NCBI GenBank assembly: GCA_039796515.1
Contig: JBDKJR010000221.1
Coordinates: 1-35,161, forward strand
Reading direction: 5' to 3'
DNA from: Actinomycetota bacterium
GTDB lineage: Bacteria; Actinomycetota; Actinomycetes; Actinomycetales; Microbacteriaceae
Length of the DNA stretch: 35,161 nucleotides
A model generated the notes under the pieces. The model saw only the letters and a list, made by a program, of their open reading frames with translations, did not search any database and was not told the DNA's origin. This document shows, piece by piece, positions 1 through 8,590 of this stretch. How positions within the stretch are numbered: the stretch's first letter is position 1; every line of letters starts with the position of its first letter. The position numbers were made by a program, and so were the translations under genes.

Positions 1-139
1 GGGGCGCCGAGACCGTCACGCGGCGCGTCAGCCGGGATGCCGTGTCTGCTTCGCTCGGAATCACGTCGGTGTGTGCCGGCAGCAGCATGACGTCGTCGTA
101 GGTGAGTCCGATGAATCCGAACGGATCGGGCTGGTCCAT
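1..139 (-). CDS. guaB: IMP dehydrogenase, N-terminal part (runs off the window edge)
   Basis: Not in the ORF track. Manual translation from ATG at 139 gives MDQPDPFGFIGLTYDDVMLLPAHTDVIPSEADTASRLTRR, the GLTYDDVxLxP start of IMPDH. GAGGGA RBS upstream. Confidence 0.93.
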   Translation of the reverse strand, partial: MDQPDPFGFIGLTYDDVMLLPAHTDVIPSEADTASRLTRRVTVSAP

Positions 140-395
140 GGTTTCCCTCGCATCGTGGGTGATGTGCAATCGATCACGCATGCGCGCGTGCATCGAACCC
201 GGATGCGGCGCTGAATTCCGGTATCTCATCTTAAGCGGGTTAGGTCGAAACGTATTCCGTCGCAATAATGGCTGAACGGTTCGGTCACTGCCGGAAACAC
301 CTCGGCAATAATCGACCCGTATCGTCACCGTCGACGACCTGGGCCTGCTGGCCCGCGGGGATTATCCACCCCACCCGAAACGACCTGGAGGTTTC

Positions 396-1718
396 GTGGC
401 ACACGCTGCTAGCAGACCGCTACACCGGCGAGCACACGGGCGATTCGCCGCTGTGCTTCTCGCCGGACTCGTGAGCGTTCTCACCCTGTCCATTGCTGCG
501 CCGGCTTCGGCCGAAGAGATCGGACTCGACGAGTTCGACAACAAGATCAGTGGTCTTGTTGAACTCGCCGATCAGCCGCTCGCCGATGTTCAGCTCACCG
601 TCGCAGGTGGCGGCTTCAGCGTCGACGTGGTCTCGGGCGAAGACGGCCGTTGGGCCGTCGGCGTTCCCGAGCGCGGCGAATACACCGTGACGCTCAACGA
701 AGAAACGCTTCCCGAAGGAATCGCGGTCATCGACCCCGAGCTCGAGCAACCCAATGTGCGCACGATCAACGTGGGCCAGTCGGGCAGTGCGGTCGCCAAC
801 TTCTTCATCGGCCAGGGCGAACGCAACACCGTGAGCCTGTTCGACCAGGTGATCGAGCGTCTCTTCAACGGTCTCAACTTCGGCCTGCTGCTCGCCCTCG
901 CTGCCATCGGGCTCTCGCTCGTGTTTGGTACGACGGGCCTGAGCAACTTCGCCCACGCCGAACTCATCACCTTCGGCGGTCTCATGACCCTGCTCTTCGG
1001 CGTTGTGCTCGGGATGCCCATCTGGCTGGCTATTCCGATCGCCCTGATCTTGAGCGCGGCGCTGGGCTGGCTCAACGATGCCGCCCTCTGGAAGCCGCTT
1101 CGCAAGAAGGGCGTCGGCCTCATTCCGCTCATGATCGTGTCGATCGGTCTCTCGCTCGCCGTGCGCTACATCTTCCAGATGTTCGTCGGTGGCGACACCC
1201 AGCAGCTGCCGGGCGCGACCGACACGGGCCTCGAGATCGGCATGTTCGGTCTCTCGTGGACCGACGTGGCGAGCATGGGCGTCAGCGTGCTCGTGCTTCT
1301 CGGCGTTGCGTACTTCTTGCTCCGCACGCGCCTCGGCAAGGCCACGCGCGCGGTGTCAGACAACCCCTCGCTCGCTGCAGCGAGTGGCATCGACGTCGAC
1401 CGCGTGATTCGCATCGTCTGGGTCATGTCGGGTGCGCTCGCGGGCCTCAGCGGCATCCTCTGGGCCTACTTCCGCCCGGGAGTGAGCTGGGACATGGGCT
1501 TCCAGATCTTGCTGTTGACCTTCGCGGCCGTCACGCTCGGTGGCCTCGGAACGGCCTTCGGTGCCCTCGTCGGAGCTCTCGTCGTCGGCCTGTTCGTCGA
1601 AATGTCGACGCTCATCATCCCCTCCGACATGAAGTACGTCGGAGCGCTGGTGATCCTCATCCTGGTGCTGCTCGTGCGGCCTCAGGGCATCCTCGGACGC
1701 AAAGAACGAATCGGCTAG
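396..1718 (+). CDS. livH: Branched-chain amino acid (HAAT) ABC permease, LivH-like, with an extra N-terminal secreted beta-rich domain
   Basis: GGAGG RBS then GTG. Motifs LAAIGLSLVFGTTGLSNFAHAE, RTRLGKATRAVSDN, LGGLG and RPQGILG. Confidence 0.9.
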   Translation: MAHAASRPLHRRAHGRFAAVLLAGLVSVLTLSIAAPASAEEIGLDEFDNKISGLVELADQPLADVQLTVAGGGFSVDVVSGEDGRWAVGVPERGEYTVTLNEETLPEGIAVIDPELEQPNVRTINVGQSGSAVANFFIGQGERNTVSLFDQVIERLFNGLNFGLLLALAAIGLSLVFGTTGLSNFAHAELITFGGLMTLLFGVVLGMPIWLAIPIALILSAALGWLNDAALWKPLRKKGVGLIPLMIVSIGLSLAVRYIFQMFVGGDTQQLPGATDTGLEIGMFGLSWTDVASMGVSVLVLLGVAYFLLRTRLGKATRAVSDNPSLAAASGIDVDRVIRIVWVMSGALAGLSGILWAYFRPGVSWDMGFQILLLTFAAVTLGGLGTAFGALVGALVVGLFVEMSTLIIPSDMKYVGALVILILVLLVRPQGILGRKERIG

Positions 1719-1727
1719 GGGCTGACC

Positions 1728-2711
1728 ATGATCGACTGGATCCTTCTCTTCTCCAACGCCGCGCAGGAGATCATCTCTCCCACGACGGCCGCCTACGCCC
1801 TCGCAGCACTGGGCCTCGCGATCCACTTCGGATTCACGGGTCTGCTGAACTTCGGCCAGGCGGGCTTCATGATGCTCGGCGCCTACGGCTTCGCCATCGC
1901 GACGCTCACGTTTGGCTGGCCCGTCTGGGCAGCCATTCTCATGGGCGTCGGGGCTGCGATCGTCTTCGCACTCATCTTGGGCATCCCGACCCTGCGACTG
2001 CGCGCTGACTACTTGGCCATCGTGACGATCGCGGCGGCCGAGATCATTCGTCTGCTCTTCACCACCAACACGTTTGAGTCGGTGACGGGTTCGGCTGACG
2101 GCCTGCAGGGCTACAAGGGCGGCTTCGAGGCCCTCAACCCGATTCCGCCGGGAACCTACGGCTTCGGCCCGTGGGTCTACAACGAGTACGACTGGTGGGT
2201 TCGCATCTTCGGCTGGGGCCTCGTGGCGATCGCGGCCTTCATCACGTGGCGCTTGTTCAAGAGCCCGTGGGGCCGCGTGATCAAGGGCATCCGTGAAGAC
2301 GAGGATGCCGTGCGCGCCCTCGGCAAGAACGTCTACTTCTACAAGATGCAGTCGCTGGTCATCGGTGGTGTGTTCGGCGCTCTCGCCGGCATGGTGTTCA
2401 TCCTTCCCCGTGCCGTCGTTCCGTCGAACTACCAGACCTCGCTGACGTTCTTCATCTACGCGATCTTGCTGCTGGGTGGAGCCGCCACGGTGTTCGGGCC
2501 CATCATCGGCTCGGTGATCTTCTGGGTGCTGCTCTCGTTCTTCTCGGGCTTCATTGCCCGCGCGGTCGAGGTGGGCTGGCTGCCGTTCTTGACGAACGTG
2601 CAGGCGGGTCAGCTGCGCTTCATCCTGGTCGGCATCGCGATCATGCTGATCGTGATTTATCGACCACAAGGAATCTTCGGTAACAAGAAGGAGCTGGCCT
2701 TTGTCAAGTAG
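1728..2711 (+). CDS. livM: Branched-chain amino acid ABC permease, LivM-like
   Basis: GFTGLLNFGQAGF, LRLRADYLAIVTIA, SPWGRVIKGIREDEDA and RPQGIFG motifs. Confidence 0.92.
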   Translation: MIDWILLFSNAAQEIISPTTAAYALAALGLAIHFGFTGLLNFGQAGFMMLGAYGFAIATLTFGWPVWAAILMGVGAAIVFALILGIPTLRLRADYLAIVTIAAAEIIRLLFTTNTFESVTGSADGLQGYKGGFEALNPIPPGTYGFGPWVYNEYDWWVRIFGWGLVAIAAFITWRLFKSPWGRVIKGIREDEDAVRALGKNVYFYKMQSLVIGGVFGALAGMVFILPRAVVPSNYQTSLTFFIYAILLLGGAATVFGPIIGSVIFWVLLSFFSGFIARAVEVGWLPFLTNVQAGQLRFILVGIAIMLIVIYRPQGIFGNKKELAFVK

Positions 2712-3630
2712 CGCCGGCGCCAAGGGCGCCCCCATCAAGTCAACCGGCCTGCACATCGGTGAGCCGGCTCCGGGTGTGAAGAAGGTCGACCCGATCATCG
2801 TGGCCGACAACATCACGCGCACCTTCGGCGGTCTCACGGCCGTTCAGGTTGAGCACCTCGAGATTCCGAGGGGCGCCATCACGGCGCTCATCGGCCCCAA
2901 TGGTGCCGGCAAGACGACCCTCTTCAACCTTCTGACGGGCTTTGACAAGCCCGACACGGGCGAGTGGACGTTCGACGGCAAAGGCATCTCGGGCATCCCT
3001 GCCTACAAGGTGGCTCGCAAGGGTCAAGTGCGCACGTTCCAGCTCACCAAGGCGTTGAGCCTCCTCACGGTGCTCGACAACATGAAGCTCGGCGCCAAGG
3101 GCCAGAGTGGTGAGAGCCTGGCTCGTGCGCTCTTCCCGTGGATCTGGCGCAAGCAAGAGGCCGAGATCGAAGCGCGCGCGATTGATCTGCTCACGCGGTT
3201 CAAGCTCGACGCCAAGAAAGACGACTACGCGGCAAGCCTCTCGGGCGGCCAGCGCAAGTTGCTCGAAATGGCTCGAGCGCTCATGAGCCAGCCGTCGCTT
3301 GTCATGCTCGATGAGCCCATGGCCGGCGTGAACCCGGCGCTCACCCAGTCGCTGCTCGATCACATCTTGAACCTCAAGACCGAGGGCATGACCGTGCTCT
3401 TCGTCGAGCACGACATGCACATGGTGCGCCACATTGCCGACTGGGTGGTCGTCATGGCCGAAGGTCGCGTCGTTGCCGAAGGTGACCCGCATGAAGTCAT
3501 GGCCAACCCGGCCGTGATCGATGCCTACCTCGGCTCGCACCACGACGAAGACCTCGGTGATCTCGACACCGGAGTGATGACTGCAATCAAGGAGCTGGCT
3601 GATGACGACGCCGACGAAGAAAAAAACTGA
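2701..3630 (+). CDS. livG: ABC ATP-binding protein, LivG-like
   Basis: Walker A GPNGAGKT, signature LSGGQ, Walker B MLDEP, EHDM and AYLG. The TTG start is uncertain. Confidence 0.9.
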   Translation: MSSSAGAKGAPIKSTGLHIGEPAPGVKKVDPIIVADNITRTFGGLTAVQVEHLEIPRGAITALIGPNGAGKTTLFNLLTGFDKPDTGEWTFDGKGISGIPAYKVARKGQVRTFQLTKALSLLTVLDNMKLGAKGQSGESLARALFPWIWRKQEAEIEARAIDLLTRFKLDAKKDDYAASLSGGQRKLLEMARALMSQPSLVMLDEPMAGVNPALTQSLLDHILNLKTEGMTVLFVEHDMHMVRHIADWVVVMAEGRVVAEGDPHEVMANPAVIDAYLGSHHDEDLGDLDTGVMTAIKELADDDADEEKN

Positions 3631-4369
3631 CGCCGTGACGGAAACCCGCAAGGTCGTTGTTCACGTTGACGCCGTCACCGCGGGGTACTTGCCCGGCATC
3701 AACATCCTCAACAACTGCTCGCTGACCGCGCACGAGGGTGAGCTCATCGGCATCATCGGCCCGAACGGCGCCGGAAAGTCGACGCTGCTCAAGGCCATCT
3801 TCGGTCTCGTGAAGGTGCGCGAGGGAACGATCTCGCTCTACGGCGACGACATCACGAACCTCAAGGCCAACAAGCTCGTGGCCAAGGGCGTGGGCTTCGT
3901 GCCGCAGACGAACAACGTCTTTCCGACGCTGACCATTCGCGAGAACCTCGAAATGGGTCTCTTCCAGAAGCCGAAAGAGCTCGACCACCGACTCGCCTTC
4001 GTGGTCTCGATCTTCCCCGAACTCGCGAAGCGACTCGGGCAGCGTGCTGGTTCACTCTCGGGCGGTGAGCGCCAAATGGTTGCCATGAGCCGCGCGCTCA
4101 TGATGAGCCCCGAGGTGATCTTGCTCGACGAGCCGAGCGCTGGACTGTCGCCCGTGCGGCAAGACGAAGCCTTCTTGCGCGTCAAAGAGATCAACAAGGC
4201 CGGAGTGACCACGATCATGGTCGAGCAGAACGCCCGTCGTTGCCTGCAGATCTGCGACCGCGGCTATGTGCTCGATCAGGGCACCGATGCCTACACCGGC
4301 ACCGGCCGTGAGCTTCTGAACGACCCGAAGGTCATCGGTCTGTATCTGGGAACCCTCGGGCAAGATTAG
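3602..4369 (+). CDS. livF: ABC ATP-binding protein, LivF-like
   Basis: GPNGAGKS, LSGGERQM, LLDEPSAGL and VEQN. AAGGAG lies 7 nt before ATG 3602; alternative start GTG 3635. Confidence 0.9.
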   Translation: MTTPTKKKTDAVTETRKVVVHVDAVTAGYLPGINILNNCSLTAHEGELIGIIGPNGAGKSTLLKAIFGLVKVREGTISLYGDDITNLKANKLVAKGVGFVPQTNNVFPTLTIRENLEMGLFQKPKELDHRLAFVVSIFPELAKRLGQRAGSLSGGERQMVAMSRALMMSPEVILLDEPSAGLSPVRQDEAFLRVKEINKAGVTTIMVEQNARRCLQICDRGYVLDQGTDAYTGTGRELLNDPKVIGLYLGTLGQD

Positions 4370-4387
4370 GCCCGCAGAACGGCACAC

Positions 4388-4427
4388 AGGGCCCCGCAGA
4401 GCGATTCTCGCTCGGCGGGGCCCTTTC
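4388..4427 (+). terminator. Intrinsic terminator of the liv operon
   Basis: AGGGCCCCGC-A-GAGCGA ttc TCGCTC-G-GCGGGGCCCT followed by TTC, just after the livF stop. Confidence 0.75.
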
Positions 4428-4531
4428 GTGTGCGCCCCTGATACGTCGGGATGCTCGCCACCGTTCACGCCGGCAGGCAACCTCCGCGCTCGCACGTCGC
4501 GAGAGAAGCCCCGCGCAGGCGTGACCGACGC

Positions 4532-4623
4532 GCCCGCGTAGCACTGACGCACGCAGCCGCACAGGCCTGACAGTCGTGCCCGCGTAGCCCTGACGGAGGC
4601 AGCCGCACGGCGCTGAAAGTCCC
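4532..4623. repeat. Imperfect 46-bp tandem direct repeat, 2 copies, intergenic
   Basis: 4532-4577 gcccgcgtagcactgacgcacgcagccgcacaggcctgacagtcgt versus 4578-4623 gcccgcgtagccctgacggaggcagccgcacggcgctgaaagtccc; 37 of 46 positions identical. Confidence 0.8.
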
Positions 4624-4682
4624 GCCCCGCACAGACCCGCGGGAGCCGCGCCCTCCTCAGCGGCGTAGACCGCCGCCGGGCG

Positions 4683-4747
4683 ACGCAGAAAGGCCCCAGC
4701 CGAAGCCGGGGCACGCAGAAGGGCCCTGGCCGAAGCCGGGGCCCTTC
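4683..4747 (-). terminator. Tandemly duplicated terminator (two 30-bp units with cUUCGg loops) after the first binding-protein gene
   Basis: 4683-4712 and 4713-4742 match at 27 of 30 positions. On the minus strand each unit forms a GC stem with a C-TTCG-G loop followed by CTTCT or CTTTCT. Confidence 0.8.
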
Positions 4748-4783
4748 CCAGTCGCGCTAGCGCTGAACCGTGAGGTTCAGAGC

Positions 4784-6043
4784 TTAGTTGATGCGGCTGT
4801 ACTTGTTGTCAGCACCGTACTGGTAGATGCCGATGGTCGCCTCAGTGGGGTCACCGTTCTCGTCGAACGTGATCGGGCCCGAGACACCGTCGTAGTCAAC
4901 GACGCCACCGTCGAGGATGATCTGAGCGGCCGACGCGAAGTCGGTCGCCTTCTCGCCATCGCCCGAACCACCCGAGACCTCCTGCAGCTTGGCCGCGATG
5001 TCGGCACCCTCGGTCGAGCCGGCCGCGAGAGCGGCGAGCGCGAGGAGGACGACGGCGTCGTACGACTCGGCCGCGTAGCTGAAGTCAGTCAGCTCGGGGT
5101 CAACCTCGAGGAGGCGGTCCTGGAAGTTGCCCAGGGTCGCGATGTCGAGGCCGGGCAGGGTGCCCTTGGCGCCCTCAACGAGGCCAGCGGCGAAGTCAGC
5201 GCTGTAGTCGGCGAGGTTACCGTCGACGAAGTAGAGCTGGTTGCCGGGGTAGCCAGCGCCCACGAGACCGGGGACGACGACCTTGGCCTGGTCGAAGGTG
5301 ATGACGGCGATCGCGTCGGGAGCAGCAGCGGTCAGCGCGGAGATCTGAGCGTCGAAGCTCGTGTCACCCTCGTTGAACAGCTCCTCGGCGACAACCTCGC
5401 CACCAGCGGCTTCGAACGTCGCGCGCAACGCGCCGGCGAGGCCGGTGCCGTAGGCGTCGTTCAGAACGATCATGCCGAGCGTGGCAGCGCCGTCTTCAGC
5501 GATGAGGTTACCGAGCACCTCGCCCTGCAGCAGGTCGCTGGGGGCGGTACGCCAGTAGAGGTTGTCGTCTGCGTAGGTCGTGAAGTCAGGCGACGTGTTG
5601 GCCGGCGAGAACTGCACAACGCCAGCGGCAACGATCTGGTCGATCACGGTCTTCGAGACACCCGACGACGCGGCACCAACGATGGCCGAGACATCCTGCG
5701 AGAGGAGGTCGGTCACCGAAACGGTGGCGGTGTCAGTGGTGGTGTCACCCGAGTCGCGGTAGATGGCCTCAACGGTGATGCCGAGGTCGGCGTCGTTGAT
5801 GTCCTGCACTGCGAGGGCAACACCGGCCTCCTCGGGCGGGCCGAGGAATGCCAGGGCGCCACTCTGGGGGAGGATGGTGCCGATCTTGAGGGTCAGCTGC
5901 TCGGTGGGTCCGGCGGGCTCTTCGGTCTCAGTCGTCGCGCAGCCACTCAGAACGAGTGCGCTCGCGCCCACGACGGCAATGCCGCCGAGGATCGACTTGA
6001 GAGAACGAGAGCGACGGCCGGTAGCCGTAGTGAAAACGCCCAT
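4784..6043 (-). CDS. HAAT-family (LivJ/LivK-like) ABC substrate-binding lipoprotein
   Basis: AAGGAG RBS before ATG 6043. Lipobox LSGC. Motifs LKIGTILPQSG, GAASSGVS, SPANTS, RTAPSD, DAYG and DGVSGPITFDENGD. Confidence 0.9.
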   Translation of the reverse strand: MGVFTTATGRRSRSLKSILGGIAVVGASALVLSGCATTETEEPAGPTEQLTLKIGTILPQSGALAFLGPPEEAGVALAVQDINDADLGITVEAIYRDSGDTTTDTATVSVTDLLSQDVSAIVGAASSGVSKTVIDQIVAAGVVQFSPANTSPDFTTYADDNLYWRTAPSDLLQGEVLGNLIAEDGAATLGMIVLNDAYGTGLAGALRATFEAAGGEVVAEELFNEGDTSFDAQISALTAAAPDAIAVITFDQAKVVVPGLVGAGYPGNQLYFVDGNLADYSADFAAGLVEGAKGTLPGLDIATLGNFQDRLLEVDPELTDFSYAAESYDAVVLLALAALAAGSTEGADIAAKLQEVSGGSGDGEKATDFASAAQIILDGGVVDYDGVSGPITFDENGDPTEATIGIYQYGADNKYSRIN

Positions 6044-6133
6044 GTTGCTCCTTGGGTTTCGAATGTGTTCAGGATGCAGAACCACAAGAGTGGCCGCCTA
6101 GACACCGTACGGTGCTCAGACTTCATTCACAAC

Positions 6134-6167
6134 ACATTCGGGTTACATCCCTGTAACACCGCGAAAC
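6134..6167. promoter_or_regulatory. Candidate operator (GlnR/MtrA-like direct repeats, or a GTTACA-N4-TGTAAC palindrome)
   Basis: GTTAC-n6-GTAAC-n5-GAAAC at 6142-6167, about 100 bp upstream of the binding-protein start. Confidence 0.45.
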
Positions 6168-6236
6168 GTTCTCACTGCCCCTCGAAACCGACGTTTTCTG
6201 CTGTTGCAGCCGGTTGCACACAACGAAAACCGCGGT

Positions 6237-7481
6237 TTACTGCCCTGCGGCCACGAGAGGCCCCACGAGGTCCGCTCGATTCTCGGCTGTATATCGGTAG
6301 AGGCTCAGAAAACCATCAGCTACAGAACCCTGCTCGGTGACCGAGACGGGCCCAGAAAGGCCCTCGTAGTTCACGTCGGTCTGCGTGATCAACACATCAA
6401 CACACTCGCCGAAACTCGCACACGGCACGCCGTCGACAGAGGCCTCGCGCACGTGAGCGGCAATCGAGAGTCCGCTGTCGTCGCCCGCGAGCTCTGCGGC
6501 GAGCGCGGCGAGAACGACTGCGTCATAGGTCTCGGCGGCAAAGCTCGTGACCCGCACGGCCGGGTCAGACTGTCGAAGTCGCAGGGCAAAGGCATCACTC
6601 AACGACGCGCCCCCACGAACGCCTTGCGCACCCTCCAGACGCCCCGGCACCAGCGTGGCCGAGTAATCAACGAGGGCGGGGCCCGTGAGCCAGAGGTCGC
6701 TCCCGACGACGCCCCGGTCAGCGAGAGCAGTGAGAACCGCCTGGTTCTGCGCGGCCAATGATGAGGTGCTGGCAAGGATGATCGCGTCGGGTTCGCTCCC
6801 CGTGACACTAAAGGCGAGTCGAGCCGGATTCGTCGCTGCATCCAGCTGCTCAGCGCTCGCGAGCTGCACGCCAAGGTCGGCGAGCGCCGCACGAGCGGAA
6901 CGGTCGAACGCGAGGCCCGAGGCGTCACTCGCGCTGATGATCGCGACCGACTCGGCGCCGCCGTCGGCGATCGCGCTCAGGATCGCTCGAGCCTGGGCGT
7001 CGGCGCTCGCGATGAGACTGAACACCCCGTCGACGGGAGGCGAGATGGCGGTGGCCGGCGAGATGAGCGTGACCCCCGCATCCGTCGCCAAGGGCACGAG
7101 GCGTGCGGCGAGTTCGGCGTCGGCCGGACCCATCACTACGTCGATGCCTCTCGACACGAGGTCGGCGAAGGCGGTCTCTAGTCGCGACTGTGCCGCGGTG
7201 CCGGCATTGCGGTAGAAGGTCTCGACGGGGCGCCCGAGCACGCCCCCTGCCGCGTTGATGTCGCGCACCGCGACCTCGACCGCCGCAACCATGCCAGCAC
7301 CGAGCCCGGCGACATCACCACTCATGGAGAACAGCGTGCCGATGCGCAACACTCCGTCTCCCCGGGTCTCGGCCGATGCGCTTGCCGTGGGAGTGGGGGT
7401 CGGAAGCGGTCGCGGCACACTGCATCCCGAGAGAACAAGCGCCGCCACCAAGCCCACGCTGACGGCGGCGACGCGAACCAT
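6237..7481 (-). CDS. Second, diverged HAAT-family substrate-binding lipoprotein
   Basis: AAGGAG before ATG 7481. Lipobox LSGC and a PTPTPT linker. Motifs LRIGTLFSMSG, DINAAGGVLG, AAETYDAVVL and YEGLSGPV. Confidence 0.85.
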   Translation of the reverse strand: MVRVAAVSVGLVAALVLSGCSVPRPLPTPTPTASASAETRGDGVLRIGTLFSMSGDVAGLGAGMVAAVEVAVRDINAAGGVLGRPVETFYRNAGTAAQSRLETAFADLVSRGIDVVMGPADAELAARLVPLATDAGVTLISPATAISPPVDGVFSLIASADAQARAILSAIADGGAESVAIISASDASGLAFDRSARAALADLGVQLASAEQLDAATNPARLAFSVTGSEPDAIILASTSSLAAQNQAVLTALADRGVVGSDLWLTGPALVDYSATLVPGRLEGAQGVRGGASLSDAFALRLRQSDPAVRVTSFAAETYDAVVLAALAAELAGDDSGLSIAAHVREASVDGVPCASFGECVDVLITQTDVNYEGLSGPVSVTEQGSVADGFLSLYRYTAENRADLVGPLVAAGQ

Positions 7482-7534
7482 GTCGATGCTCCTTCGTGAG
7501 ACCAGGGGGTAGTGGAACCTTACTCTCGCGCGAA

Positions 7535-7540
7535 TAGGCT
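7535..7540 (+). promoter_or_regulatory. -10 hexamer of a probable leaderless transcript (kinase and PLP enzyme operon)
   Basis: TAGGCT 6 nt before GTG 7547, with no SD sequence. Confidence 0.6.
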
Positions 7541-7546
7541 GGCCCC

Positions 7547-8590
7547 GTGCCCGCGCCGTCACCCTTCGCTCTCACGGCACCCTTCACCGCCCTGGCTGCC
7601 GATGAGGTTCAGGGCGCACTGCAGCAGACACATGGCCTTACGGCGCGGCAGCTCACGCGGTTGCCGACAGAGCGCGATGACACGTTTCTCATCGACACGG
7701 CCACGGGGCGATTCGTCGTCAAGTGCGCGCATCCGCTCGACGATCCACGCGAACTGCACGACCAACTCACGGTGCTCGACGCGCTCGCTCACGAGTACGC
7801 AGACGTGCCGGTGCAACGCATCGTGCCCACGGTCGACGGCGCGTTTATCGCGAGCATCACCGACAGTGCTGGCCATCCCCGGCTCGTGCGCGTTCTCAGC
7901 TACCTCGAGGGCGAACCCCTCGGTGCGGCCCCGCGCACGCTCGCCGATATGCACACGCTCGGCGCCCTGCACGCGCGACTCGCCTTGGCGATCGCCGCGA
8001 TCGGCGATGCGGCCCAGCCGCCCCTGCAGGGCGCTCCCACGCCGTGGAACCTTCTCGCGATCGAGCAATACGCACACCGCGTGGCCGACATCGCCGACAC
8101 CGAATTGCGGCGGGCTGCCCGCTCGGTCGTCGATCACGCTCAGGATGCCCTGCTCCCCCACGCCCGCACCCTGCCCGCACTGCTCGCCCATAACGACCTG
8201 CACGGTGACAACGTGCTCGTGACCACCGAACCTTTCGCCGTCACGGGCGTGCTCGACTTCGGCGACATGACCCGCACCCCACGGGTCGCCGACGTGGCCG
8301 TCGCCGCATCGTATGCCCGCGGCCGAGTGGGTGCCGCGGGTGAGCCGTGGCAGGCCGCACGCGCCTACGTTGCCGGCTTCGAGACCGAGCAACCCCTGAC
8401 CGACGACGAACACGCGCTGCTGCCCGGGCTCGTGCTGCTGCGGGTCGCCCAGCGCGCCATCCTCAACTCGGCGATCGCCGCCGCGAACCCCGCCGCCGCG
8501 GAGTACGCGAGCCGCAACCTGAGCGCCATTGCTCGCGATGTGCGCGAACTGGGTGCGAGCATCCCGACCACGATCGGAGCACGCGAATGA
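7547..8590 (+). CDS. APH/choline-kinase-fold phosphotransferase, hydroxylysine-kinase / homoserine-kinase-type-II-like
   Basis: TERDDTF, FVVK (ATP-binding Lys), RVLSYLEG, catalytic HNDLHGDNVLV and metal-binding GVLDFGD. Confidence 0.85.
   Translation: MPAPSPFALTAPFTALAADEVQGALQQTHGLTARQLTRLPTERDDTFLIDTATGRFVVKCAHPLDDPRELHDQLTVLDALAHEYADVPVQRIVPTVDGAFIASITDSAGHPRLVRVLSYLEGEPLGAAPRTLADMHTLGALHARLALAIAAIGDAAQPPLQGAPTPWNLLAIEQYAHRVADIADTELRRAARSVVDHAQDALLPHARTLPALLAHNDLHGDNVLVTTEPFAVTGVLDFGDMTRTPRVADVAVAASYARGRVGAAGEPWQAARAYVAGFETEQPLTDDEHALLPGLVLLRVAQRAILNSAIAAANPAAAEYASRNLSAIARDVRELGASIPTTIGARE

Noticed and set aside
140-230. Possible purine-sensing riboswitch in the guaB leader
   Set aside because: The ~80-nt leader (TAAGAT -10 at 228-233) has one imperfect hairpin, but I cannot match a known aptamer consensus. 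An Rfam search would settle it.
650-2837. Long alternative-frame and antisense ORFs (650..2008, 1356..2837; similarly 21315..22313, 26475..27503, 28217..29242, 31400..32788)
   Set aside because: They are Arg-rich or shadow translations fully overlapping well-supported genes, with no recognisable motifs.
4532-4747. Possible CRISPR array from the direct repeats
   Set aside because: The repeats are contiguous with no unique spacers, there are only two copies of each, and no cas genes are present.
7547-8590. Aminoglycoside resistance kinase
   Set aside because: It has the APH fold, but its length, motifs and coupling to a PLP enzyme fit a metabolic amino-alcohol kinase better.
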